The notes below the pieces were generated by a model. The model was not told the origin of the DNA, searched no databases, and worked only from the letters and a program-made list of their open reading frames with translations. The translations under genes and the position numbers were made by a program. This document shows, in pieces, positions 16,547-25,824 of a stretch of 64,000 nucleotides of DNA (positions within the stretch are counted from its first letter, which is position 1; each line of letters begins with the position of its first letter). Source of the stretch: a bacterium (GTDB lineage: Bacteria; Patescibacteriota; Dojkabacteria; JAOAGR01; JBAXGO01); contig JBAXGO010000002.1 in assembly GCA_037139335.1 (NCBI GenBank), forward strand, positions 851 to 64,850, given 5' to 3'.

Positions 16547-18249
16547 TTCCCCAAATATAGTATGTTAAATAAATCATTTTGAGTCATCTTACCTTCATTT
16601 TTCAAAATATATACAGGAGAATGATCATAAACTTGAAATGATTCATCCGCAGCATTATCGTTAATTTCCCAAGGGCCAAGACGTGGATATGAAGTAATAT
16701 GCTGTACAACTGTATAACCTAATTTGCCGCTAAATAATTTATCATAATATTTTGACATTATTGGATATGCAATTTCATCTTCTCTAGGTATTGAATCAGT
16801 CAATCTCTTACTAGCAATTATCATGTAATCTCCTTTTGACAATGTTAGTGCCATCTCTCTGTATTTTTGATCAGTTTCAGCATCATATCCTTTCACTTGT
16901 GCAAATCTATATTTTCCAGGAAATAATCCCGGCAAGGCATGCGGTAAGGAATAATCCCAATGTTCAGTAACGATGTTGCTTCCTGCAGGAACATTATAAT
17001 AAACCCATTCTGTGGTTGTCCTCCAAGTATGTTCATTCGTGTATACCGACATATACATAAATGCCCAAATAAAGGGAATAAAAAGAACAATAAAGACAGG
17101 AATAATTTTGAGTCGAACATCTTTGATATATTCAGTAATTTTTACAGTAAACCATGCAGCACCTATAATTATTACTGGTACAAGCGGCAATGTATATCTC
17201 ATAAACTTTGTATATTGAACTCCGATGTACAGAAAAAATAATATACAAAATAATAGTATTGGAAAGGCCTTATATTTTTCTTTTTTAATAAAGATAGAAA
17301 ATAACCACCAAATAATACCTATGAATCCAATCGTTGGTATAATGAAACTTAAAGACCAATTAAGATTATAAAACTGATACCAAAATGGTTCTGTATTAAA
17401 ATATTGAACAGTATAAGGAACAGGAATAGTTCCTGATACCATACCGTTTTCATATTTCAAAGCATCCATAAATTTATCAAATTTTAATAGCGAATATGGA
17501 CTAGAAAGAAACGCAAATGTAAATGTTATAGCTAAAAAATAAATTCCTTCTATAATATAATTTAATCCATGTGTGAAAAGTTTTCTCTCTCTTTTGACAT
17601 CTTCCATAAATTTAACAAAGATAGTTAATGCTGGAATTATCAGAAAAAAAGCACCTGTCATTTTCGTTCCAATAGATAGTCCTGAAAAAATAGCTGCTAA
17701 TAGCCAATACATTTTTTTATTACTTTCTATAATTTTTATAGAAAAAATCATTACTAACAATAGAAAAAATATTAGTGCTGTTTCTGTAACTATGTAATGA
17801 GCATGCTGAATAAAGATTACAGAACATGCCGCAATAAATGCAGATATTAATGCAATTCTTTTTCCTTTTAGCATTTTAGCTAAAATGTATATAAGAATTA
17901 TTGTTGCGGTAGATAAAGTAGCTGAAACAACACGACCAATCAATGTTATTTTGACTATATCGCTTAGCCAAGTTGGATCATTTGTAACCACAGAAACAAC
18001 TTGTACAACAGCCCTATCCATATATGGAGCAAAAGAATTATACGAATAAAACTGAGGATCTAGTTTATCTGGAATAGAAATTTTGGAAACCATGTTTGCA
18101 ACTGTAATTTCATCAGGATGATAAAAATAGCCTCCATCCCATTCCAAATTATAAAATCTGAATATTCCTCCCATAATCACTATGATAAACATTACCCATA
18201 ATGAAAAATATTTTGATTTAATTAACGAAGAATTAAGTATTTTTTTCAT
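16543..18249 (-). CDS. GT-C fold membrane glycosyltransferase (PMT/ArnT-like, GT39/GT83-type)
   Basis: 568 aa with ~11 TM. HPDE acidic motif in the first extracytoplasmic loop and a C-terminal soluble domain are present. Confidence 0.6.
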   Translation of the reverse strand: MKKILNSSLIKSKYFSLWVMFIIVIMGGIFRFYNLEWDGGYFYHPDEITVANMVSKISIPDKLDPQFYSYNSFAPYMDRAVVQVVSVVTNDPTWLSDIVKITLIGRVVSATLSTATIILIYILAKMLKGKRIALISAFIAACSVIFIQHAHYIVTETALIFFLLLVMIFSIKIIESNKKMYWLLAAIFSGLSIGTKMTGAFFLIIPALTIFVKFMEDVKRERKLFTHGLNYIIEGIYFLAITFTFAFLSSPYSLLKFDKFMDALKYENGMVSGTIPVPYTVQYFNTEPFWYQFYNLNWSLSFIIPTIGFIGIIWWLFSIFIKKEKYKAFPILLFCILFFLYIGVQYTKFMRYTLPLVPVIIIGAAWFTVKITEYIKDVRLKIIPVFIVLFIPFIWAFMYMSVYTNEHTWRTTTEWVYYNVPAGSNIVTEHWDYSLPHALPGLFPGKYRFAQVKGYDAETDQKYREMALTLSKGDYMIIASKRLTDSIPREDEIAYPIMSKYYDKLFSGKLGYTVVQHITSYPRLGPWEINDNAADESFQVYDHSPVYILKNEGKMTQNDLFNILYLGK

Positions 18250-18250
18250 T

Positions 18251-18961
18251 TTAATTATTTGTAAATTTTAATTGAGTAATTGCCTTGAACATTGCGAATG
18301 AAGAACGAGATAATTTAACTTTTGAATGTGGTTTGTCTTCCCATTCTATAGGATATTCCAATATTGTAAACCCTTTATTTTTTACCTCAACTAATAAATT
18401 TACATCAAATGCCATATTCATAATTGATAACTGAAAAAGTATACTATTCATAACCTTTCTCGTGATTATCTTTGCACCACATTGAGTATCTTTAATATTC
18501 AATTGAAAATATATATTCACTATTAAATTAAAAACCCTACTAGTTATCCTTCTAATAATGGGTTGTTTTTTTACTATTGCACCTTTCAACCAACGAGATC
18601 CTGCTATACAATCAACTTTTTTCTCTATCATCTTATCAAATAATTTATTCAGTATTTCAGGGCGTATAGAATTATCGGCATCAACATAGGCAATATTATC
18701 AAATCTAGAATTTTCAAATCCTCGCATAATTGCACCACCTTTACCAATAGCTTCAGGATAAACTAAATATCTAGTTTTCAAATCGGATTGTATATATTTT
18801 TTAACTACAGCTTCCGTATTATCTGTACATCCATTTAAGATAACTAAGATCTCATAATTTTGAATGTCTGAGTTTTTATAATATTCTGTATATGATTTTA
18901 AAGTTTCATCAATTCGATTTTCTTCGTTATGCGCAGGAATAATTATTGATAAATTTTTCAT
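18251..18961 (-). CDS. GT2 polyprenyl-phosphate glycosyltransferase (DPM1/GtrB/ArnC-like)
   Basis: IIIPAHNEE, YVDADNS (DxD) and GSRW motifs are present. Confidence 0.8.
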   Translation of the reverse strand: MKNLSIIIPAHNEENRIDETLKSYTEYYKNSDIQNYEILVILNGCTDNTEAVVKKYIQSDLKTRYLVYPEAIGKGGAIMRGFENSRFDNIAYVDADNSIRPEILNKLFDKMIEKKVDCIAGSRWLKGAIVKKQPIIRRITSRVFNLIVNIYFQLNIKDTQCGAKIITRKVMNSILFQLSIMNMAFDVNLLVEVKNKGFTILEYPIEWEDKPHSKVKLSRSSFAMFKAITQLKFTNN

Positions 18962-19515
18962 TATAAATTAAGCCGTTTTTTTAATATATCTATAATTTCT
19001 GGAAAATCAAGTTTCGGCTTGTAAATACCAAAATGTTCTTGATCATTATATTCATAATACTCCGTATCAAGCATTTTATGAATATAACGGGCTTCTTCAA
19101 TTGGGATAAATGGATCATCAGTAGAATGAAATTGAGCAATCCATTTTTGATTATTCTTTATTAAATCCCATTTCCATTCATCATCATAGTATCCACTCAA
19201 TCTTTCTTCTTCGATTCCAAGATCTGTATAACATGCTGAAACTAGTATAGAACCTAATATTTGATGACTTTCAGCATATTTCATAGCAGCTACGGCTCCT
19301 GATGAATGACCTATTAGAATAGTATTTTCATCAACACCTAATTTATCTAAATATGGAAACCAATATTCTTTACGAGCTAATTCAGGATCTGGAAAATTCT
19401 TAATAACAACTTCAATTCCATAAACAAACATGTGTTCTTTAATATAATTAAACCATGATATTGAGGAGGTTCCTCCGCCATTTCCTGGAATCATTATAAT
19501 TTTAATATTACTCAT
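18961..19515 (-). CDS. Alpha/beta-hydrolase (RBBP9/YdeN-like serine hydrolase)
   Basis: GHSSG nucleophile elbow is present. Start moved to MSNIKII (19515), which overlaps the upstream stop in ATGA fashion. Confidence 0.55.
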   Translation of the reverse strand: MSNIKIIMIPGNGGGTSSISWFNYIKEHMFVYGIEVVIKNFPDPELARKEYWFPYLDKLGVDENTILIGHSSGAVAAMKYAESHQILGSILVSACYTDLGIEEERLSGYYDDEWKWDLIKNNQKWIAQFHSTDDPFIPIEEARYIHKMLDTEYYEYNDQEHFGIYKPKLDFPEIIDILKKRLNL

Positions 19516-19516
19516 T

Positions 19517-21238
19517 TCAGTTATATAAGATATTAAATAACTTGTCTTTAGGATAATGTTTGTCGTTTTTAAATATATATACTGTAGGATGATCAAATAT
19601 TTCAAAGGTCTCTTCAGCTTTTTCATCTGATAATTCTATCGGTCCTAAATGAGGATATGAAGATATTTTTTGTACAAGTGTATATCCAAGCTGTTCTTCA
19701 AATAATCTTGTGTAATATTTGCTAGTCAAAGGATATATTTTTGGTTGTTGACCTATAGAATTAACAAGTCTCTTACTTGATAAAATCATATAGTCCCCTC
19801 TAGCTAAATTATCTGACATAGTATCAAACTTAATTCTATTTTCTGGATCATAATTTTTCATTTCCAAAAAAGTATATTGCTTAGAGGGAAGCCCTTTAAT
19901 ACCATGAGGTAGGGAATAGTCCCAATGTTCTTTCAAAACAACACTCCCAGAGGGAATATTATTATAAATCCATTCTGATGCGGTAAATCTTGTTTGAGGT
20001 GTCGTGTAAATAGACATAAAAGCAATAACCCATATAATGGAGAACGAAACTACCAAAAGCAATAATATCTTACCAACCTTTTTGAATTTTATTGATGATA
20101 TTAATTTATCTATTAACCATGCAGATAATATTATAATAATCGGCAACATTGGCAACATATACCTAATAAATTTCGCATACCACCCCCCCGTATATACGAA
20201 ATAGAGGATACTAAATATTATCAACGGAAAAATATAAATAGTCTCTTTCTTTTTAATTATTAAAAAAAGACAAAGTAATATAGCGATGAAACCAACTATA
20301 GGAAGAATAATACTAGTATGCCACATCATATTAGTGAATGGATATACATATGGTAGTGTATCAAAAAATTGCCATGTATAAGGTACTTTAACAGTACCTG
20401 CAACCACACCACCTTCATACGTCATTGACGATTGGAATCTCTCAAGTCCAATCAAAGTATATGGCGACACAGCAAAAGCGATCACTGCGGTTACAAAAAG
20501 AAAACCTAGACCTTTGATAAAATGATGGATTAAAGCTAATTTATTTTTTCTATTTTTAAAAAAATTTATTAACCATACAGTACCAGGTATAGATAAAAAT
20601 GCTATGGAAGCTGTTTTTGAACCAATGGCGAGTCCACAAACAAGCGCCATGATACACCACAAATACGTTTTATTGCCTTTGATTAAATCAACTGATATTA
20701 ATGAAATCAGCATTAAAAAGAAAACTAGCATGCTTTCTGTAACTGAATAATGTGCATCTTGGATAAATCCCACGCAAAAAGAAGCTAATAATGCAGCAAA
20801 TAAAGCAGCACGTTTATTAAATACTTTGCGTGTAAATAAATATATTAAAATAATAGTTAATGTAGAAAAAATCGCCGAATATGTTCTTCCAATGATATTT
20901 ACTTTTGCAATATCAGTTTTCCATGTTATATCATTCGTAACAGTAGAAACTACTTGTGCTGTTCCCTTATATAAATAAATTGGAAAACCACCGTATGCAA
21001 AAAAATCTGGATCTAATTTATCGGGTATATTCACTTTATTGGCAGAAATCATCACATTTAGTTCATCTGGATGATAACTAAGTCCATTATCCCAATTCAA
21101 ATTGTAAAATCTGAAAAAACCACCTACTAATATTATTAGCAAAATTAGTACTAAGTGTGCTTTATCACTACTTAATTTCTTTATTATTAAACTATATATT
21201 TCTAGTGTTTTTTTAATAACTGGTTGAAGATCTTTCAT
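19517..21238 (-). CDS. GT-C fold membrane glycosyltransferase, paralog of 16543-18249
   Basis: 573 aa. Same architecture and HPDE motif. Clearly paralogous, with conserved YGGFP/YNSFAPY-type blocks. Confidence 0.6.
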   Translation of the reverse strand: MKDLQPVIKKTLEIYSLIIKKLSSDKAHLVLILLIILVGGFFRFYNLNWDNGLSYHPDELNVMISANKVNIPDKLDPDFFAYGGFPIYLYKGTAQVVSTVTNDITWKTDIAKVNIIGRTYSAIFSTLTIILIYLFTRKVFNKRAALFAALLASFCVGFIQDAHYSVTESMLVFFLMLISLISVDLIKGNKTYLWCIMALVCGLAIGSKTASIAFLSIPGTVWLINFFKNRKNKLALIHHFIKGLGFLFVTAVIAFAVSPYTLIGLERFQSSMTYEGGVVAGTVKVPYTWQFFDTLPYVYPFTNMMWHTSIILPIVGFIAILLCLFLIIKKKETIYIFPLIIFSILYFVYTGGWYAKFIRYMLPMLPIIIILSAWLIDKLISSIKFKKVGKILLLLVVSFSIIWVIAFMSIYTTPQTRFTASEWIYNNIPSGSVVLKEHWDYSLPHGIKGLPSKQYTFLEMKNYDPENRIKFDTMSDNLARGDYMILSSKRLVNSIGQQPKIYPLTSKYYTRLFEEQLGYTLVQKISSYPHLGPIELSDEKAEETFEIFDHPTVYIFKNDKHYPKDKLFNILYN

Positions 21239-21268
21239 ATTTTTATTTTACTGTAAATGGTACATAAA

Positions 21269-21297
21269 TTGACAAGATCTTGCAATATTTAATATTA
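21269..21297 (+). promoter_or_regulatory. Sigma-70-like promoter of the serS leader
   Basis: TTGACA, 17 nt spacer, ATATTA. Confidence 0.4.
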
Positions 21298-21299
21298 GT

Positions 21300-21483
21300 G
21301 ATATTATTCATTTAAGCAACAACGGATACTGTGAGCGTTGAAAGATACTTTCCGACAACTAAATATCGACTAAAAGTGAAATTAAAGGTGGCACCGTCTT
21401 GAATTTGTATTGCGAAATACATTGAAAAAACCATAGGACCCTTTTTACAGAGCAGTAATAATGTTTTGTAAAAAGGGTTTTTT
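21300..21483 (+). promoter_or_regulatory. T-box-like riboswitch leader upstream of serS
   Basis: AAATTAAAGGTGGCACCGTC (21379-21399) resembles the T-box consensus AATTAGGGTGGNACCGCG. The architecture AAAGG-[UGGCACC 7-nt bulge]-GUC...GAC-CCUUU is compatible with an antiterminator. The competing perfect 11-bp terminator CCCTTTTTACA...TGTAAAAAGGG plus T6 lies at 21439-21483. Confidence 0.4.
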
Positions 21484-21536
21484 ACTTTTGTTAATTATAA
21501 AGAAGTAATAAATTTAAACCTAATCAACTTATTAAA

Positions 21537-21598
21537 CTTACTTAACTTACTTAACCTACTTAACCTACTTAACCTACTTAACCTACTTAACCTACACC
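21537..21598. repeat. Tandem 9-bp repeat (CYTACTTAA x ~6.7) between the serS leader terminator and the serS start
   Basis: The sequence reads cttacttaa cttacttaa cctacttaa cctacttaa cctacttaa cctacttaa cctacacc. Confidence 0.85.
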
Positions 21599-21614
21599 TA
21601 TTAAACCAACTACC

Positions 21615-22973
21615 ATGTTAGATCCAAAATTTATAAGAGAAAATCCAGAACAAATAAAAACAATTGTTAAAAATAAAGGAACAAATCCAGAAAAAGCAAA
21701 TGTTGAAAAATGGCTTGAACTAGATAAAACTAGAACTGACTTATCAAACCAACTTGAAGAGGCTAACAGAAGAAGAAATGAGATAGCCAAACAATTATCT
21801 GGTGGAAATATTACTGATGATTTAAAAGAAGAAGGAAAAGCATTAAAACAAAAAGAACAGGAATTAAGAAATAAACTTACTGAAGTTGAAAACGAATGGA
21901 ATGAAATTGCAGCATGGTTTCCAAATGTTCCTTTTGACGATATAAAAGTCGGAAAAGACGATACGGAAAATCCTGAAATATTTGCATGGAGACCAGATAC
22001 TGGTGAGATTGATAAAAATAAACTTGGTGAAAATATGGATTCAGCTAAATATATGCCTGATAACCTACTTTATGCTGATAAAGAATTTACACCAAAACAT
22101 CATATCGATATACTGGAAGATTTAGGAATGGCCGATGTGGCACAAGGTGCAAAAATTGCAGGGACTAGATTCGTTTATCTAATGGGCGATATAGTAAGAC
22201 TTCAAAAAGCTGTTCATGCCTATATAATGAACCATTTGTATACAAAAGATTTTACTCCAGTTAATCCACCTTTGTTGGTTAAAGAAAAAGTTCTTTTTGG
22301 TACAAGTCATTTTCCTGAAGGAAGAGATCAAGTATATGAAATAAAAAATGAATTTCTTGAAGATAAAGATTCATTATTTTTAGTTGGAAGCAGTGAACCT
22401 TCAAATTTTGCTTATGGAATTGATAGAGTTTTTAAAGAAGAAGATTTACCATTAAAAATGGTTGCTATAACTCCGTGTTTTAGATCTGAAGTAGGAAGCT
22501 GGGGCAAAGATGTTCGCGGAATAAAAAGAGTTCACCAATTCGATAAATTAGAAATGGATATAATTTGCACTCAAGACCAGAGCAGCGATATTTATAATGA
22601 ATTATTGAATGTTAATCACTGGATATTACAAAGTTTAAAACTACCATACCATATTGTAGAAAAATGTACTGGAGATAGTGGTTATGCTGCTTCAGCTAGA
22701 CAAGCAGATCCAGAAGTATGGTTGCCTGGGCAAAAAACTTTTATGGAAGTAGGTACTGATACAAATGCTACTGATTTTCAAGCTAGAAGAATGAACATGA
22801 AATATATTGATAAAGATGGTAATAGAAAATTATGCCATACGGTAAACGATACAGGTGTTTCTGACAGAATATTGATTGCTATCATTGAAAATTATCAACA
22901 AAGTGACGGCTCTGTGCTCGTTCCTGAAGTACTAATTCCATTCATGGGAAAAGATAGAATAGTAAAGAAATAA
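21615..22973 (+). CDS. serS: Seryl-tRNA synthetase
   Basis: 452 aa. N-terminal MLDPKFIRENPE coiled-coil arm and class II aaRS core motifs are present. Confidence 0.9.
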   Translation: MLDPKFIRENPEQIKTIVKNKGTNPEKANVEKWLELDKTRTDLSNQLEEANRRRNEIAKQLSGGNITDDLKEEGKALKQKEQELRNKLTEVENEWNEIAAWFPNVPFDDIKVGKDDTENPEIFAWRPDTGEIDKNKLGENMDSAKYMPDNLLYADKEFTPKHHIDILEDLGMADVAQGAKIAGTRFVYLMGDIVRLQKAVHAYIMNHLYTKDFTPVNPPLLVKEKVLFGTSHFPEGRDQVYEIKNEFLEDKDSLFLVGSSEPSNFAYGIDRVFKEEDLPLKMVAITPCFRSEVGSWGKDVRGIKRVHQFDKLEMDIICTQDQSSDIYNELLNVNHWILQSLKLPYHIVEKCTGDSGYAASARQADPEVWLPGQKTFMEVGTDTNATDFQARRMNMKYIDKDGNRKLCHTVNDTGVSDRILIAIIENYQQSDGSVLVPEVLIPFMGKDRIVKK

Positions 22974-23028
22974 ATTGTTCTATTCCTCACTTAGTTTATA
23001 GTATAAGAGACAATATTATTAATAAAAA

Positions 23029-23059
23029 ACACCCCAGCGAAAGTTGGTGGTGTTTTTTT
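23029..23059. terminator. Bidirectional intrinsic terminator (serS / anti-sigma gene)
   Basis: AACACCCCAGC-GAAA-GTTGGTGGTGTT hairpin followed by a T-run. Confidence 0.6.
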
Positions 23060-23094
23060 CTTTAGTGAAAAATTTATACTTTACTTGGAAGAAA

Positions 23095-24969
23095 CTATAA
23101 ATCTACAACTATTGAATTAGAGTATATTGAAATACCGTCATGGTAGAAACCAATAATTCTGACATAATAAACACCTACTCCAGATAATGGTGAAAGATTT
23201 GCCGACAAAAGATCGGTATCAGTTATATAAACACCATAATCTCCTAATCTATACGGATCTTCTGGATTAGGATTTTTTGACCACAACACTTTAAATGAAT
23301 TTGGTTTTTCACCATTGAATGACCATTTAACATTAGTAAAACCATCATAATTCAAGGTTATCGATGATGGAACTACTGTAGCCGTAGGTAACGGCGTAGG
23401 CGTTGGCGTTAGAATTGGTGCTGTAATTGTAACAGTATTGCTATATATACCACATTTATTACCAATATACTGACAAATCCTAGCATAGTAGACCTTACCA
23501 TCAGAAACCAACCATTTATAACTTCTTAAATCACCATCGTCAAGATATATGAAATTACTACCAGGATAAACTGGTGATGGTTTGGAATCTAATAATACTT
23601 TATATCCTTTACTTACATTTGCACCATATACACTCCATTCAAAATTTAAACCATCTGATGATTTTGTTACTACTAAAGTTAACGTTCCCAAATTCGGTAT
23701 CGGTGTTGAAGTGGGCTTAGGTGTTGGGGTAACTTTCTTTGTAATACTAGGTGTTGGAGAAGGTGACGACATTATAATTCGACTCTTAATAGTAGGATTA
23801 ATAACGTCTGTTATTTTTGGCGATTTAGTTACATATATATTCTTAATTGTTTTATGATTCTGATCTGAAACGGCTTCTACTAAAATTATGTTATTTCCAT
23901 CATGTAATGTCACTGAGAATTCAAAATATCCATTTTTAGTAGCAATTTCATTATTATTAATATATATTTTTGTATTTATATCAGTGCTACCTTTAATGAC
24001 AATATTATCTTCATTCGTAATAGTATTATTTGAGGGTGAACTTATTGTTAATGTAGGAACGGATATGTTAACCAAAACACCCATATTTTTATTATAATTC
24101 GGATTTTGTTCATCCTCTTGCTTATTCCATACTACAAAATTATTCTTTAACATTTCTTCTGATGAAATAGGATCTATAATACCAATTGCTGTTTGATCAT
24201 CGTTATTTTCAAAATAATATTTATTGCCTTGATCTACAGAAACTTCACTATTTAATGGTTTTCCCGATATATTTACGACATTATCATAGACCTCAACGCC
24301 TTTTTTACCAACTCTATTTATTGTTAAATATGCAGTTCCCAAGGAAATATAACTTATATCATTACTTTTGACTTGAAAACTTCGATCTAGCTTTATTACT
24401 CTAGAATATATTTCCCCTGTATTATTAGTAAAGATTAGATCATGAGGATTCAAAGATGTTATTTCTAATTCAGTATCATCGCCAAGACGCAAAGAACTAC
24501 CTTCACCGAGTCTCACCACAGCCTTTCCTTTTCCATTAACTCTTAAAGTATCACCTTCCGCAAGCGTTGATTGTTCATCAAGTTTTAACCAAGCCCCATC
24601 TAATTGTTTTCTTTCAACTTCCCCTTCAACATATTCTAAACTAGCTGTCGTATTATTATCTAGATTACCTTTTGGACTTTCTTTATTTGGTAATAATAAT
24701 AATATAGAAACAGCTAAAAGTAAAAAAAAGAACATAAAAGAAATAGCAATAGTTCCGTATAAGAAATTTTTATTTTTGTATAAGCAAACTATTTTTCTTA
24801 GTATGGAGGCTTCTGTATTTAAGTTAATACTTTGTATATGTATTTTATTTAGTAGTGAATCTTCAAAACCTCCGGACATAAACTCCATACAGTCTTTTTC
24901 TTCAATCCTTGCAGACTTAAGCAATTTTTCTGCTGTTATATTATATTTTTGTTTATTTTTTTCTGTCAT
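23095..24969 (-). CDS. Anti-sigma factor with FecR-like domain and large extracytoplasmic Ig/beta-rich region
   Basis: 624 aa. Cytoplasmic N-terminus, one TM, FecR-like LRVNGKGKAVVRLGEGSSLRLGDDTELEI, and PTPTP-type linkers. Immediately downstream of the ECF sigma gene. Confidence 0.55.
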   Translation of the reverse strand: MTEKNKQKYNITAEKLLKSARIEEKDCMEFMSGGFEDSLLNKIHIQSINLNTEASILRKIVCLYKNKNFLYGTIAISFMFFFLLLAVSILLLLPNKESPKGNLDNNTTASLEYVEGEVERKQLDGAWLKLDEQSTLAEGDTLRVNGKGKAVVRLGEGSSLRLGDDTELEITSLNPHDLIFTNNTGEIYSRVIKLDRSFQVKSNDISYISLGTAYLTINRVGKKGVEVYDNVVNISGKPLNSEVSVDQGNKYYFENNDDQTAIGIIDPISSEEMLKNNFVVWNKQEDEQNPNYNKNMGVLVNISVPTLTISSPSNNTITNEDNIVIKGSTDINTKIYINNNEIATKNGYFEFSVTLHDGNNIILVEAVSDQNHKTIKNIYVTKSPKITDVINPTIKSRIIMSSPSPTPSITKKVTPTPKPTSTPIPNLGTLTLVVTKSSDGLNFEWSVYGANVSKGYKVLLDSKPSPVYPGSNFIYLDDGDLRSYKWLVSDGKVYYARICQYIGNKCGIYSNTVTITAPILTPTPTPLPTATVVPSSITLNYDGFTNVKWSFNGEKPNSFKVLWSKNPNPEDPYRLGDYGVYITDTDLLSANLSPLSGVGVYYVRIIGFYHDGISIYSNSIVVDL

Positions 24970-24984
24970 TTCAGTATTATAACG

Positions 24985-25560
24985 TTAAGTCATATCGAAT
25001 ATTTCAATACCAGGGAAATTTTTATTATACTTGTCCCTGAAGGATTTTAAGGCTCTGTGAGTAAGTAACGCTACATTCGATTTAGTCATTCCAAGAATTT
25101 CTGCTATCTCTTCGTTATCTCTTTCCATAAAATATTTTAAACTAATTACTTCTTGGTATCTAGGTTTAAGTTTTTTCATGACTTCAGCAATCATTTTTTG
25201 GGATTCTGTAATATACGCTTGTTTCTCTGTATTTGTTTTTTCATCAATAATTTCATCGTCCTCATTGGAAGAAACATAGTGATATTTTTTATTTTTTCTA
25301 TAAAAATCAATAATTAGGTTATGCGCAACTCTGTATAACCATGAACCAAAACGAATATTTTCTTGAAGCTTGTATTTACTCAAATCTCGAGTTACTTTCA
25401 AAAACACTTCGCTTGTAATATCTTCTGCCAATTCTTTATTAGCCAATCTATTTAAACAATAGCCAAATATTTTTGGAAAATAATACCTATATACTTCATC
25501 AAAATAATGAATATCTTCTTTAGACTTTTCTATAAGTTGTAATTCTTTTTCAAAATCCAC
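24985..25560 (-). CDS. ECF (sigma-70 family, group 4) RNA polymerase sigma factor
   Basis: Sigma-70 region 2 (FGYCLNRL...DITSEVFLKV) and region 4 HTH (EIAEILGMTKSNVALLTHRA) are present. Confidence 0.8.
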   Translation of the reverse strand: MDFEKELQLIEKSKEDIHYFDEVYRYYFPKIFGYCLNRLANKELAEDITSEVFLKVTRDLSKYKLQENIRFGSWLYRVAHNLIIDFYRKNKKYHYVSSNEDDEIIDEKTNTEKQAYITESQKMIAEVMKKLKPRYQEVISLKYFMERDNEEIAEILGMTKSNVALLTHRALKSFRDKYNKNFPGIEIFDMT

Positions 25561-25824
25561 TTTGGAATAATAAATTTATATATAAGCGCCCCGATCTAAA
25601 GATTATACCTTTTTATATAAAGACACTCTGCATATCATAATATTTTATTAATTATTGTTTTCAAACATATAATTTGCAAACAATAATTATACCTCATATA
25701 TATAGCTTTGGCACTCTCTCGGACAGATTCATTATACTACCCAAGCTTTCTTGCCAAGCCATTGACAGGCGAGCCCCGTCTAATATATATTTAGACATTC
25801 AAGTAAATATTAAATTAACTATGT

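Noticed and set aside
16893-17797. Small ORFs on either strand inside the GT-C gene (16893-17120, 16960-17241, 17012-17218, 17573-17797)
   Set aside because: Shadow ORFs within a long, continuous polytopic membrane protein CDS.
23582-24982. Plus-strand small ORFs antisense to the anti-sigma factor gene
   Set aside because: Shadow ORFs. The minus-strand 624-aa ORF has a FecR-like domain and is coupled to the ECF sigma gene.
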